Assembly (NCBI RefSeq): GCF_009914755.1
Contig: NC_060931.1
Source: the human T2T-CHM13v2.0 reference genome, Homo sapiens
Strand: one strand, 5' to 3'
DNA: 64,000 bases
Within the stretch, counting starts at the first letter, position 1; every line of letters begins with the position of its first letter. Below the pieces are notes generated by a model, which was not told the origin of the DNA, did no database searches, and saw nothing but the letters and a program-made list of their open reading frames with translations. A program made the translations under genes and the position numbers. Shown piece after piece: positions 1 through 13,898 of this stretch.

Positions 1-287
1 TTAGTTAACGTTTTAAAAATGGAATAATAACTTTCATCACACAGCAAAATTTATTTTAAGGAAGGGAACTTCCAAACACACACAAAAAATATTTATTATA
101 ACTTTATCCTTCTTATTCTAACCTGCAGACAATATCTGAAATAATAGAACAATCTCATAGAAAGATGAGATTTGGTATTTAAAGCTTTTATTTTTTTCTT
201 CAGCCTATGGATATATTTGTTATATAAAGTTAATAGAGAAATATATAAAATATTTAATTATTATTAAAGTACTTCTTACAAATAATG

Positions 288-450
288 TTGTGTCAATCAG
301 GACAGACAAAATTATGTCTTGCTAATGAAGAACCCCCACGTCTCAATAATTTCAATCAAGTAGTTAATTTTTTTGTCCAATGTGGATCAACTGGAGTCAC
401 TATTCATTGTAATTATTAAAGGCTTGAACTGGCTCAGGTTCCATCTGGAC
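288..450 (-). mobile_element. Old MaLR LTR fragment (MLT1J/K-like)
   Basis: tgtgtcaatcaggacagac...aacccccacgtctcaat resembles the reverse-complemented end of old MLT1 LTRs; heavily diverged. Confidence 0.3.
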
Positions 451-454
451 CACA

Positions 455-725
455 AACCACATACGGTTATCAAACACTTGAAATGTGGCTAGTTGGAACT
501 GAGATGTACCCTAAATGTAAAATAGCAGATATCAATGAGTTATCACCAAAAAATAAATAAAAGTATTCAATTAATAATTATTAATTGATTACATGTTGAA
601 ATGATAATATTTGAGAAATATTAGTGAAGTATAATATATTATTAAAATTAATGTCAAATTTTTCTTTTCTTTTTTAAATGTAGATACTAGAAAATTTTAA
701 ATTACCTAAGTGGTTTATATTATAT
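455..725 (-). mobile_element. MER33 (hAT-Charlie MITE)
   Basis: cacttgaaatgtggctag...attgattacatgttgaaatgataatatt...ctagaaaattttaaattac matches the MER33 reverse complement. Confidence 0.8.
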
Positions 726-969
726 GTCAACTGAGCAGTGATTGTTCAGATACCACTTGCACAAACTCCGAGGCAGGAGGAAGAGAATGCAGCAAATCAT
801 GCACTAACATTTCTACTAGGAAACAACAACACTCACTATTTCCAATTACATTGCAATGGTAAAAGAGACTCATAAAATCATGCATAATTTCAAGGGGTTC
901 AAAGTACAGAGAAATACAGACCTGCTCTGTGTTTAGAAGGCAAGTAACTTTGAACATGACTTCAACATG

Positions 970-1279
970 CAGTCATCCCTAGATATTCATGGGGGATTTG
1001 TTCCAGGACCCCTATCGGATACCAAAATCCTCAGATGCTCAAGTCCCTTATATAAAATGGTGAAGTATTTGCATATAACCTATGCACATATACCTTAAAT
1101 CATCTTTAGATTATTTATACTATCTAGTACAACATAAATGCTATGTAAATAGTTGTTACATTATATTGTCTTTGTATTATTTGTTATTGTTGCATTGTTA
1201 TTTTACTCTTTTATTCAAATATTTTCAATCCATGTTGGTTGAATTCATAGTTTTAGAACCCAACATGGAAAGCTGACTG
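970..1279 (+). mobile_element. MER2 (TcMar-Tigger MITE)
   Basis: Terminal cagtc...gactg inverted ends, TA at 1280-1281, core gttccaggacccc...gatgctcaagtcccttatataaaatgg. Confidence 0.85.
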
Positions 1280-1344
1280 TATACTCTCATGACTACAATA
1301 TATATCCTTAATCTGTTCATACAATTTTATAAGCATATTGACAT

Positions 1345-1581
1345 CTTTTTAATTTTTTTTTCTTCTTTTAAACTTTTATTTTAGGTTTGAGGGTACATGT
1401 GAAGGTTTGTTACATAAACATGTGTCATGGGAGTTTGTTGTACATATTATGACATCACCCAAGTATTAAGCTCAGTACTCAATAGTTATTTTCTGCTCCT
1501 CTCCCCCCTCCATCTCCCTCCCCCTCCTAAAATAGACCCCAGTGTCTGTTGTTTTCTTCTTGTGTTTGTAAATTCTTATCA
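1345..1581 (-). mobile_element. L1PA13-16-type 3' UTR fragment
   Basis: T-rich tail then aacttttattttaggtt...gggtacatgtgaaggtttgttacat...agaccccagtgtctgttg. Confidence 0.75.
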
Positions 1582-2495
1582 AAAAATATGTTTTAAAATT
1601 TCATTTTAATTACTTCAGTGCTTACCACAATATTCCTATCCTTGATTTCCTAGCTTTGATTTATATACTACCAGCAAAATAGAATACTTCTTTGAATAAT
1701 CTCATGAATAACAGCATATAGATGGTTCTTACAGGAGAATGGGGACACCAAAAAGGATTTTGTTAATGTTTCTGAAAAATAAGGTGCAGAGGAAGAGGAG
1801 AAACATGAGAGACAAAGAGAAAAGAAATATAAAGTTCTAAAATCCCTTAAGGAAAGAAGATAGCAAAACCTAGGCTTTTGGAGAGAGGTTACTCATCAAA
1901 GTATTCTTCAAAAGAGAAAGAGAGAACAAACTTAAGAATTCTGATTAGCATAATGTTCTATCTCACTACATTAGTAACGTGATGTTCTCCTTTGATGATT
2001 GTAGAACTTTAAGTTGTTCTTTTAATTCACAAGCTTTGCCAGGCATGTCATAGAATAAATAAATTCCTTATGTTTATTTTGCCTTAAATGTAGCAAAAGC
2101 TCTTAAGCTCTTCTCTCAGCTCCAGAATTTGCCTTCTGATTTGTCTGTATTTCTTTTCTTATTGCTTTCCTCCATAGAAACATCTAAAATTCTAAGGTTT
2201 CTCTTGGTTCTTTATATTTATGTATATGTTATCTTCATGCCTCTTTTTTTTCTCACACAAAAAGCAAAAGCATATGTTATTTTCATGCCTTTTTTTCTCT
2301 CTATTAAGATAGAAGTTTGTTGTAATTCATCTGCAATTCTGAATTTAGTCTTCTGCAGCTCCAATTCTATTTTCTATTGCTTGTAATTTTGATTTTAATT
2401 ATACGGTTGCTCTCATGGTTTTCTTGCAACACCTTCAAAATATTTTTTATCTAATTGCTTTTTTATTTTCAATTACTTTTTGTGTTTCTGTATAG

Positions 2496-2680
2496 AGCAG
2501 CACTTCCCACTAGGGCTTTATGCAATAACAGAAATGTCCCACATCTGTTCTGTCCAATCCAGTAGCCACTAGCCACATGTGGCTATATGGTACTTGAAGT
2601 GTCACTGGTAGGACTGAGAAAATGAATTTTTAATTTTTCTTAGCTTGAGTTAATTTAAATAGCCAGTTGTAGACAGCACA
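2496..2680 (+). mobile_element. MER3 (hAT-Charlie MITE)
   Basis: ctgtccaatccagtagccactagccacatgtggcta...gactgagaaaatgaatttt...tttaaatagcca. Confidence 0.75.
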
Positions 2681-3809
2681 AATGTCAAATACATGCTTTC
2701 TCAAATACCAATAATGTTGAAAAGATACTCTTTTTTCGGCTCTTTTGGTAAATTAAGTTCAGAGTTATGCTCTCACATCGCTTGTTCTGAAAGGTATTCC
2801 CATCATCTGTATATTTTGTTGTAGCCTCTACATGGAATATTTTTATTTAATCATCCTAGAATAGGGAAGAGGTTTCCAGATCTAGTATTCACCAACAGAC
2901 AAGTACAGGATTTTTTTTTTACTTTGTTCACTGTCTTCTTATAAGTCTGTGGAAGCCTCTCAGACTTTAAATGATAAGATGTAAAACTGATTATAATGGT
3001 ATAGTACCTACCCAGTTTCCAATGGCTAAATTTAGTCTGCACTCATTCAGTATGTTCCAATGAAATATATTAGGGTATTTTTAAATTCCACTATCTAATC
3101 ACTGATGCTCAAATCCATGAAATGCATGAAAACTATAATTTCCAGCATATAGATTCTTCAGGTTTCTACTTTTCTCTAGAATAATTAGTATGTCTCTAAA
3201 GCAATTATTACACTGAGGATAAACCTCCCAGAGTACAATGTGTCACTTCTGGTTCACCTCCCCGGATCCACATCCCAGCTACCTACTTTGTTGTTTTCTG
3301 GGAGTCAGTATCCTAACAGCCCCTGAGTCCTTTGGACATGACCCTAGAAATTATTCTTCCCTTTTCATGTGACAAGTTTTTCAAAATTTCATATTGGATA
3401 TTTCTTGCCACAGAGCTGGAATCATGAATTCTTCAAGGAACTGTGATTTCCTTTAGTGGGAATTGGTATGTAGGATGCTCACAGTTATTACATTTACATT
3501 GTGTCCTATCCTTTTCAGTGGGTAAAACTACAAATAATTATTTGCTTTATTACACATTACATACAAAACAGCTATTACAACAGCCAACACTGCCATCAAC
3601 AATTAAAATACTAAAATATACAATTTTTAAATTTTATTTTTGATCTTAATATATCCCACCAAGACTATATAGTTACATTACTGCATTTTAAAGTGATTTG
3701 AAACTGTGAGGCTATGTTACCCTGAGTACACAGCTAGATCCATGTGTTTGATTTTATTTCTACTTTCAGTTCTTTCTTTAAAATTTTTTATTTTAAAATT
3801 ATGTAAAAC

Positions 3810-4555
3810 CTAACACCTTGGGAAAAATAGGAATCTGTAAGTCTATACTGATATAAATCAATAGATGGATAAATAGATGAGAATAGAAGCCCATCTTTAC
3901 ACTAGAATGCCAAGTAATAATGTACAAAGAATGATGAAACCAGAAAACTGCTATTTGGCACCATCATAGTAATAATTAGTTCATGCATAAAATACCAATA
4001 GAAGCTAAAACTAGTGGGTAAAAGTGGGATGAGCAATAGGATTTTTGCATAGTCCCAAAATATCTTCCTGGAAACAAAACTTAATAACTACACAGGGGAA
4101 AAGAAGTATCTTTACAGTGAAAAAATCTCACAGATATACCAACTTAATCAAGTGATCTAAACTTACATCATGTGCAACCTGAAAAAACTGCAGTGGAAAG
4201 AGCACAGTATCACCTCTGAGACATTCCTATCAAAAATACATAATTTGTGTCTAAAGCGAAAATATTAGACAAACCCAAATTGAGAATAGCAAACAGAATG
4301 GCTGGCCTGTAATCTTCTAAATATGTCAAGATCATGAAGATAAGAGAAAACTGAAGAATTATTCCTCAAGGAAAGAGACTATAAAGACATAGCAACTGAA
4401 TGCAACACATTATCCTAGATTTAATTCTTCTGCTGTAATGAATATAATTGAAACAATTGAAGAAAGTTAAATATGTTCTGTGATCAAAAGGTATATGTCT
4501 ATTCTTTGTATTACCTTTGCAAATACCCTGTAAGTTTGAAACTGACTTTAAAAAC
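3810..4555 (+). mobile_element. L1MC4-like 3' UTR fragment
   Basis: gctaaaactagtgggt, ttaatcaagtgatc, gacaaacccaaattgag and caactgaatgcaac motifs typical of L1MC 3' ends. Confidence 0.6.
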
Positions 4556-6674
4556 AAACAAACAAACAAACAAAGACTCATGACTTCAAAATCAAATCTA
4601 CAAAGCTTGATTTTCTTTGAATTTTCAACTTTTTCTCATTCATGAGTGTTTTGGTGAAAATTTGAGAGATTACTAGCCAAAAGACCATTTTAAGCCAGAA
4701 AACAAGTCCACATGCATTTTTCAGGAATTTGTCTTTTGCACCAAGAAAGGTATAATTTCTATTTTAAAAACCACATTTTCTTCCATTATTAGTGCTTCAA
4801 TTTTATTAATTTATTTAATTGACAAAACTTGTATATATTTATCATGTGCAGCATGATGTTTCAAAAGATAGCAAACTAGGACTCTCTGGCAATCATCCTG
4901 CCACAGAAGCATCAATTTGAATAACTATTCATACAGGAAAGACATTTAGCAAGGGCCAAGAAAACCAGGTGACAGATCACAGTCATTGATTCTAGCATAA
5001 TAATAAATTAAGACATATTGAGATAAACAGGAGACAATGGTGGATAGGAGGCAGGATTAAAACTTGCAGCTCCCACTCAGATGGACAGAACAGCATGTGG
5101 AAACTAACATTGTGAACTTGTACTCCAAGAACCACCTCAGGAACATACTAGAAAAACCAGAAGAATTCACAGACCCTTTGAAAGAAGCTGCTTGCTGCTG
5201 CACACTCTATGAGACTGCCAAAAAACTGAGTGGCCAAAGTGTGAGAGGGGAAAGTCTGCTTCCCAATACACATCCTCACTGGGGAACCTGAAAATCTAGA
5301 TCTCAGGAGAAGGATTTTACCTTACCTAGAACTGAAATTAATTGTGAAAGCATAGCAAAATATAAAAGTAGGAGAAGCAGCAGGAAGAGCCCTTTAGGCA
5401 CTCCTGGTCCCCAGGGAAGCCATTTCTGACTTATCTCACAGGAGTCCTTGGAGAGGGCAGCCAGTAGAATTGGAGACAAGTCATGGGAGAAGGAGACTTC
5501 CGGCTGAAATTTGTAATAACTTTGACCAAGCACTAATTTTCCTGGGCAGAATCTGAAGAGGGAGGGTGTCGAGGGTGGAGCGGCAAATAGGAAGTACAGA
5601 TGCTTGCACAGAAACTACGACAGGCAAGGAGGCGTGGGGCCTGAAAGCCCTGCTTGCTTTCTTAGCAGAGAGGCTTGTATCCTGGGGCAAGATCTTAGCC
5701 CTGAGTACCAGAAACCTGGATATAAATTCAACTCTGTTGGCTGTTGGGGGAGCACATGGGAGTGAGACTGGCCTTGCTGGCTGCGTGAGAGCTAGGAGAG
5801 GTTTGTCACTGCCAGTTTTCTCCCACTTCCCTGGTGACCTGCACAAAACAGCAGAAGCAGCCATAATCCCTCTTGGAACATAAATCCGTTGGGCTGTGAA
5901 CTACCCACCATCCCCTACAGCGCCCATAGCAAGCCACTACCAAGGATAGTCTGAGTTCAGACACACCTAATCCTGCCCCCAACTGATGGTCTTTCTCTAC
6001 CACCTGGTATCCAAAGGCAAAAATCATAAACATGTGGGAGCTCTATGGCCCCACCCATCACCTGAGAAACCTGAATACTTATCCAGGCGACCTTAGGGCA
6101 AGCCTTTTTCCTTGTATACTACTTCAGCTAATGCTCTCTTGAAAGCGCTACCTCTTGGCTGGAGGCCAACCAATTCAAGCCATTACAGCAACTCATAACA
6201 GAACAACCCTGCTCCAAAAAAAGGGACAGAAACCAACAGCTAATTGTACCACCTGTAACATCCTGGATAACCAGAGGTCCTGAGACTGTCAACATGACAA
6301 CTTCACTGCTAGCATAATCAGCATTTGAGAAAACCAGTGCACTAAACAAAACTACAACTAAGGACTCTCACAGAGTCCACTTCACCCCACTTCTACCTCC
6401 ACTGCAGCAGATGCTGGTATCCATGGCTGAGAGACCTGAAGACAGATCACATCACAGGAATCCTTGCAGACACTCCCCAGTACCAGCCCAGAGCCTGGTA
6501 CTCTACTGGGTGGCTAGACCCAGAAGAGCAATAACAATCATTGCAGTCCAGCTCTCAGGAAACCCCATCCATAGAAGTGGGAGAGTATCACATCAAGGGA
6601 TCACCAAGTGTGACAAAATAATCTGAAGAGCAACCCTTGAGTCCCAGATCTTTCCTCTGACATCATCTATCCAA

Positions 6675-7677
6675 ATGAGAAGAATAGACAAACAATTCTG
6701 ATAATATGACAAAACAAGGTTTTATAACACCCTCAAAAGACCACACTAGCTCACCAGCAATGGATCCAAACCAGGAAGAAATCTCTGAATTGCCAGAAAA
6801 AGAATTCTGAAGGTCAATTATTAAGCTACTCAAGGGTGCACAAGAGAAAGGTGAAAACCAACTTAAAGAAATTTTAAAAATAATATAGAATATGGATGTT
6901 AAAATGCCTAGAAAAATAGTTAATATAAATAAAAAACATTCACAACTTCTGGAAATGAAAGACACACTTAGAGAAATGCCAGATATACTGAAAAGTCTCA
7001 ACAATAGAATTGAACAAGTAGGAGAAATAACTTCGGAGATCAAAGACAAGGCTTTTGAATTAACCCAAGCGACAAAGACAAAGGAAAAATAATTTTTAAA
7101 AATGAACAACACTTCCAAAAAGTTTGGAATTATTTTAAACAACCAAAACTAAGAATAATAAGTGTTCCTGAGGAATAACAGAAATCTAAAAGTTTGGATA
7201 CCTTATTTGAGAGAATAATTGAAGAAAACTTCCCTGGCCTTGCTGGAGATCTAGACATCCAAACACAAGAAGCTCAAAGAACAGCCAGGAAATTCATCAC
7301 AAAAAAATCATCACCTAGGCACATAGTCATCAGGTTATCTAAAGTTAAGATGAAGGAAAGAATCTTAAGAGCTGTGAGGCAAAAGCATCAGGTAACTTAG
7401 CCTATTAAGGAAAACTTATCAGATTAACAGCAGATTTCTCAGCAGAAACCCTACAAGCTAGAAGGGATTGGGGTCCTATATTTAGCCTCCTGAAACAAAA
7501 TAATTGTCAACTAAGAATTCTGTATCCAGCAAAACTAAACTTCATAAATGAAGGAGGGATAAAGTCTTTTCACAGAAACAACTGCTGAGATAATTTGCCA
7601 CTACCAAGTGAGCACCACAATAAATGCTAAAAGGAGTTCTAAATCTTGGAACAAAACCTTGAAGTGCACCAAAATAG
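6675..7677 (+). pseudogene. L1PB ORF1p remnant (stops and frameshifts)
   Basis: Fragments LKSLNNRIEQVGEITSEIKDK and IIEENFPGLAGDLDIQTQEAQRT...SPRHIVIRLSKV. Confidence 0.85.
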
Positions 7678-7759
7678 AACCTCCTTAAAGCATAAAGCTC
7701 ACAAGGCTTATAAAACAATAACACAATGATAAAAACAAGGTATTCAGGCAACAACTACC

Positions 7760-10166
7760 ATGATGAATAGAATAGTACCTCACATCTCAATAATAATGTT
7801 GAATGTAAGTGCCCTAAATGCTCCAGTTAAAAGACACAGAATGGCAGAATGGATAGGAATTCACCAACCAAGTATCTGCTGTCTTCAAGAGACTCACCTA
7901 ACACAAAAGGACTCACATAAAATTAAGGTAAAGGAGTGGAAAAAGATACTCTGTGCAAAATGACACCAAAAGCAAGCAGGAGTAGCTATTGTTATATCAG
8001 ACAAAACAGACTTTAAAGTAACAGCAGTTTAAAAAGACAAAGAGGGACATTATATAATGATAAAAGCACTAGTCCAACAGGAAAATATCACAATCATAAA
8101 TACATATGCACCTAACACTGGAGCTCAAAAATTTATAAAACAATTATTATTAGACTTAAGAAATGAGATAGACAGCAGCACAATAATAGTGTGGACTTCA
8201 ATACTCCACTGACAGAACTAGACAGGTCATCAAGACAGAAAGTCAACAAATAAACAATGGACTTAAACTATACCCTATAATAAACTGACTTAACAGATAT
8301 TTACAGGATGTTCTACCCAACAAATGCAGACTATACATTATTTTCATCAGCATATGGAAAATTTTTCAAAATAGACCATATACTGGGCCACAAAACAAGC
8401 TTCAATATATTTTAAAAAATCAAAATTATATCAAGTACTCTCTCAGACCACAGTGCAATGAAATTGGAAATTAACTCTAAAAAGAACACTCAAAACCATA
8501 GAAATACATGGAATTAAATAATCTCCTCCTGAATGATCTTTGGGTCAACAATGAAATCAAGATGGAAATTAAAAGTTTGTTTGAACTGAATGTTAATAGT
8601 ATCACAAACTATAAAAACCTGTGGGATACAGCAAAAGTGGTGCTAAGGGGAAAGTTCATAGCATTAAATGCCTCCATCAAAATGTCTGAAAGAGCACAAA
8701 TAGACAATCTAAGTTCACACCTCAAGGAAACTAGAGAAACAAGAACAAACCAAACCCAAACTCAGCAGAAGAAAATAAATAACAAAAATCAAAGCAGAAC
8801 TAAATGAAATTGAAGCAAACAAAAACAATACAAAAGATAAATGAAACAAAAAGCTGGTTCTTTGAAAAGATAAACAAAATTGGCACACCATTAGTGAGAT
8901 TAACCAACAAAAGGAAAGAGGAGATCCAAATAAGCTCAATTTGAAATAAAATGGGAGATATTACAACTGATACCACAGAAATGCAAAAGATCATTCAAGG
9001 CTACTATGAACACCTTCACACACACAAACTAGAAAACCTAGAAGAGATTATTAAATTCCTGGAAATAAACAACCCTCTTAGATTAAGCCAGGAAGAAATA
9101 GGAATTCTGAACAGACCAATAACAAGCAATGAGATTGAAATGGTAATTAAAAAAAAAAAAAATCCAAAAAAAAAAAGTCCAGGACTAGATAGATTCACAG
9201 CTGAATTCTATCAGATATTCAAAGAAGAATTGGTACCAATCTTACTGAAACTATTCCAAAAGACAGAGAAAGAAGGAATCCCCCCTAAATTTTTTGATAA
9301 AGCCAGTATCACCTCAATACCAAGACCAGGCAAGGACATAACAAAAGAAAACTATGGACCAATACTGCTGATGAACATAGATGCTTATATTCTCAACAAA
9401 ATACTAGCTAACTGAATCCAACAGCATATCAAAAACCCGTTGTGTTCAAGTGGGTTTCATACTGGGGATGCAGGGATGGGTTAACATACGCAAGTCAATA
9501 AATGTGATACACCACATAAAATTAAAAGCAAAAATCATGTGATTATCTCAAAAGACATAGAAAAAGTATCTGACAAAACCTAGCATCCCTTTACAATTAA
9601 AATCCTCAACAAAAATGGCATAGAAAGGACATACCTTAAGGTAATAAAAGCCATCTATGACAAACCTACAGCCAACATTATACTTAATAAGGAAAAGCTG
9701 AAAGCATTCCCCCTGAGAACTGCAACAAGACAAATATGCTCACTTTTCACCACTTCTATTCAACATAGAACTGGAGGTACTAGGCAAAGCAGTCAGACAA
9801 GAGAAAGAAATAAAGGGCATCCAAATCACTAAAGAGGAAGTCAAACTGTCACTCTTTGCCAATGATATAATCATATACCTAGAAAACCCTAAAGACTCAT
9901 CCAAAAAGCTCCTGGATCTGATAATAAATTCAGTAAAGTTTCAGGATACAGAATGAATCAATGTACACAAATTAGTAGCACTGCTATACACCAACGGTGA
10001 TCAAGCTGAGAATCAAATCAAGAACTCAACCCCTTTCACAATAGCTGCAAAATAAACTAAGTTCTTAGGAATATACCTAAACAAAGAGGTGAAAGATCTC
10101 TTCAAGGAAAATTATAAAACAGTGCTGAAAGAAATCATAGACAACACAAACAAATGAAAACACATC
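7760..10166 (+). pseudogene. L1PB ORF2p remnant (EN plus RT), cut by HERV-L
   Basis: MMNRIVPHISIIMLNVSALNAP...CCLQETHL (APE endonuclease); [15 protein letters not shown]; RT FADD motif mutated to FAND near 9855; multiple stops. Confidence 0.9.
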
Positions 10167-10611
10167 TGTGACAGCTCATACTGTCAACTCAATTGGATTG
10201 AGGGATGCAAAGTATTGATCCTGGGTGTGTCTGTGATGGTGTTGTCAAAGGAGATCAACATTTGAGTCAGTGGGCTGGGGAAGGCAGACCCACCCTTAAT
10301 CTGGATGGGTGTAATCTAATCAGCTGCCAGCATGGCCAGAATAAAAACCAAGCAGAAGAACATGAAAAGACTAAACTAGCTTAGCCTCCCAGCCTACATA
10401 TTTCTCCCATGCTGGATGCTTCCTGTCCTCAAATATCAGACTCCAAATTCTTCAGCATTGGGCCTTGGACTAGCTTCCTTGCTCCTCAGCTTGCAGATGG
10501 CCTATTGTGGGACCTTGTGATCATGTGAGTAAATACTCCTTAATAAACTCCCCTTTATATATACATTTATCCTATTAGTTTCTGTCCCTCTAGAGAACTC
10601 TGACTAATACA
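10167..10611 (+). mobile_element. MLT2A1 5' LTR of HERV-L
   Basis: TG...CA ends, about 445 bp, gatgcaaagtattgatcctgggtgtgtctgtg, AATAAA near 10542, ends ctgactaataca. Confidence 0.9.
10312..10322 (+). promoter_or_regulatory. DUX4-type binding motif TAATCTAATCA in MLT2A1
   Basis: Exact 11-mer read from the sequence; function is inferred. Confidence 0.6.
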
Positions 10612-10616
10612 GATAT

Positions 10617-10634
10617 TGGTACCAGGAGTGGTTC
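10617..10634 (+). other. tRNA-Leu primer binding site
   Basis: tggtaccaggagtggttc just after the LTR, complementary to the 3' end of tRNA-Leu(TAA). Confidence 0.8.
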
Positions 10635-13600
10635 TAGAGGAACATAATATTAAGGATGGAGTTCTTTCATTGCTTTTGGGGTTTCTGGAGTTGGCTGCTT
10701 AATATGATTAGATCCAAAAATGCTAAAGGACTCTACTTCTAATAGTATGAAAAACACTGATGGTCTTTGGCAGGAACTGTTTAGAAAGTCATGCAAAATA
10801 AATGCATCTGACGCTCCTCATTCACTGCTTGTGAGAGGCAAGGAGTTTTGTGACTCTATACATAATACCTTTGACCATATGTGGAGAACCAAGGAACATA
10901 ATGAAGTTGGTTGATTGCTCCTAAGTTCACTGGACAAAGTGATGAAAGAAAATGATGAATTCAGGGATTCTAACTCCTAACTTAGAGGCAGATACTGAGC
11001 CTCAAATCTGCTAAGATTGCCCTGAATGAGAGTCTTATTTTTTGTAGAGAATGAGCTGAAATTGTGGAAAATCAGACCCAAGCTCTTATCATGCTAGCTG
11101 CTGACGTGCAATGAAAGGTGCGTGCACAGCCTCACCAAGTGTCTACTATTAAAGTGAGGGCATTCATTGGAAAAGAATGGGACGCTGCAATTTGAAATGG
11201 AGCTGTGTGTGAGGACACTGAGCTTGTAAATTCTGATGAACCTTTTTGCCAGAAAAAACATCTTCGCCATCCCCAGTAGTGGCAACATCCTCTCGCCGAC
11301 CCTCACTGCCATCAACCTTTCCACCTTTGTCTGAATAGATAAACCCTGTGCTGCCTGAGGCAACAGTGATGGCCTCCCCTGAGGCAGTTACCAGGAAAGA
11401 CAATGTTGATTCTCCTCAGGACCCACCCCCAAGGCCCTTGTTTGCATCTAGATCTATAACTGCACTAAAGTCCCAGTGGGCCGTTAAAGGTGAGGTTCAC
11501 AGTGTGACCCATGAGTAAGTATGTTACATTAGAAAAAAACTACTTGAGTTTTCTAATTTATTTAAGCAGAAATCTGGATAACAGACATAAGAATAGATAT
11601 TAAGCATGTGGGATAATCGTGGAAGAAACATAGTGTTGGATCAGGCTGAATTTATTGATTTGGGCCCACTAAGTAGGGATTCTGCATTTAATGTTTGCAA
11701 CTTGGGGAGTTAAAAATGTTCTAACAGTTTATTTGCTTGGTTAGCTGAAATATGGATTAAAAATTGGCCCACTGTGAGCCAACTGGAAATACCTGATCTC
11801 CCTTGGTTTAATGTAGAGGAAAAGATCCAAAGTCTTAGGGAGATTGAGATGCTGGAGTGGATTAGTCACTTTAGACCTACTCATCCTAGCTGGGAAGGTC
11901 CAGAAGATGTACCCTTGACCAACACTTTAAGAAATAGATTTATGAAGACAGCACATGCATCTTTGAAGAGCCCCATAATTGCTCTTCACTGTATGTCAGA
12001 TCTAACATGGAAACTGCAGTCACTCAACTACAAAATTTAAATGCAATGGGAATAATTGGATCCCAAGGTGGCAGGGGCCAAGTGGCCACTCAACCATCAA
12101 AGGAAAGGTGGGCGTAGCTACTATAATGGGCAGCAGAGGCAAAGCAGCAATCAGAATAGTCTGACTTGTGTAGAGCTCTGGCTAATTAATCATGGTATTC
12201 CTATAAATGAAATTGATAGAAAACCTACTGCATTCCTACTTAATTTATATAAGCAGAAATCTTCCAGATTGAGTGGACAAAAGACTAATTTGAATAATAA
12301 AAACAGAATAATGGCCCCGCAATCAATTTCCAGACTTGAGCCAGACCCAGAACCCCTTGAATGAAGGGAAGGCCAGGTCCCCTTGAGTAAGGACCCCACT
12401 ATACTACTGAAAATTTATGCTGTTAAGCTCTCTCCCATCTTTCCCCAAGGAGACTTCTAGCCTTTTACCAGAGTAACTGTGCATTGGAAAAAGGAAAACA
12501 ATCAGACATTTCAGGGACAACCAGACACTGGCTGTAAGCTGACATTGATTCCAGGGGACCCAAAACATCATTGTGATCCTTCAGTTTAAGTAGGGGTTTA
12601 TGAAGGTCAGGTAATTAATAGAGTTTTAGCTAAGGTCTGACTTCCAGTGGGTCCAGAGGGTCCCTGGACTTATCCTGTGGTCATTTCCCCAGTGCCAGAA
12701 TGCATAATTGGCATAGACATACATAGCAGCTGGCAGAACCCTCACATTGGCTCCCTGACTGGTAGGGTGAGGGCTATTATGGTGGGAAAGGCCAAATGGA
12801 AATGATTAGAGCTGCCTCTACCTAGAAAAATAGTAAACCAAAAACAATATCTCATCCCTAGAGGGACTGTGGAGATTAGTGCCACAATCAAGGACTTGAA
12901 AGACACAAGGGGGTGATTTCCACCACATCCCCGCCCAACTCTCCTATTTGGCCTGTGTAGAAGACAGATGGATCTTGGAGAAGGACAGTGAATTATCGTA
13001 AGCTTAATCAAGTGGTAACTCCAATTGCAACTGCTATACCAGATGTGGTCTCATTGCTTGAGCAAATTAACACATCTTCTGGTACCTGGTATGCAGCCAT
13101 TGATTTGGCAACTGCTTTTTTCTCCATTCCTGTCCATAAGGCCCACCAGAAGCAATGGGCCTTCAGCTGGCAAGGCCAGCAATATACCTTTACTCTCCTA
13201 CCCCAGGGGTATAACTCTCCAGCTTTGACTCAAAGCTGGATCTTTGAGTCAAGATCTTATTCAGAGAGATCTTGATCAATTTTTGCTTCCATAAGATATC
13301 ACACTGGTCCATTACATTGATGACATTATGCTGATTGGATCCAGTGATCAAGAAGTAGCAAACACACTGGACTTATTGATGAGATATTTGCATGCCATAC
13401 AATGGAAAATAAATCGAACTAAAATTCAGGGACTTTCTACCTTAGTAAAATTCCTAGGGGTTCAGTGGTGTGGGGATTGTCAAGATGTTTCTTCTAAGGT
13501 GAAGGACAAGTTGCTGCATTTGGCCCCTCCTACATACAAGAAAGAGGCACAATGCCTAGTGGGCCTATTTGGATTTAGGAGGCAACACATTCCTCATTTG

Positions 13601-13873
13601 GGTGTGTTACTCCAGCCCATTTATCAAGTGACCTAAAAGGCTGCCAGTTTTGAGTGGGGTCCAGAACAGGAGAAGGCTCTGCAACAGGTCTAGGCTGCTG
13701 TGCAAGCTGTTCTGCCAGTTGGGCCATGTGACCCAGCAGATCCAATGGTGCTAGAAGTGTCAGTGGCAGATTCAGATGCTGTTTGGAGATTTTGGCAGGC
13801 CTCCATAGGTGAATCACAGTGAAGGCCTCTAGGATTTTGAAGCAAGGCCCTGCCATTTTCTGCAGATAACTAC

Positions 13874-13898
13874 TTTTTTTTTTTTTTTTTTTTTTTTT
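13874..13898 (+). repeat. T25 homopolymer inside HERV-L pol
   Basis: Direct count. Confidence 0.95.

Noticed and set aside
2100-3450. Possible very old antisense L1 or HAL1 fragments
   Set aside because: Too diverged to assign by eye
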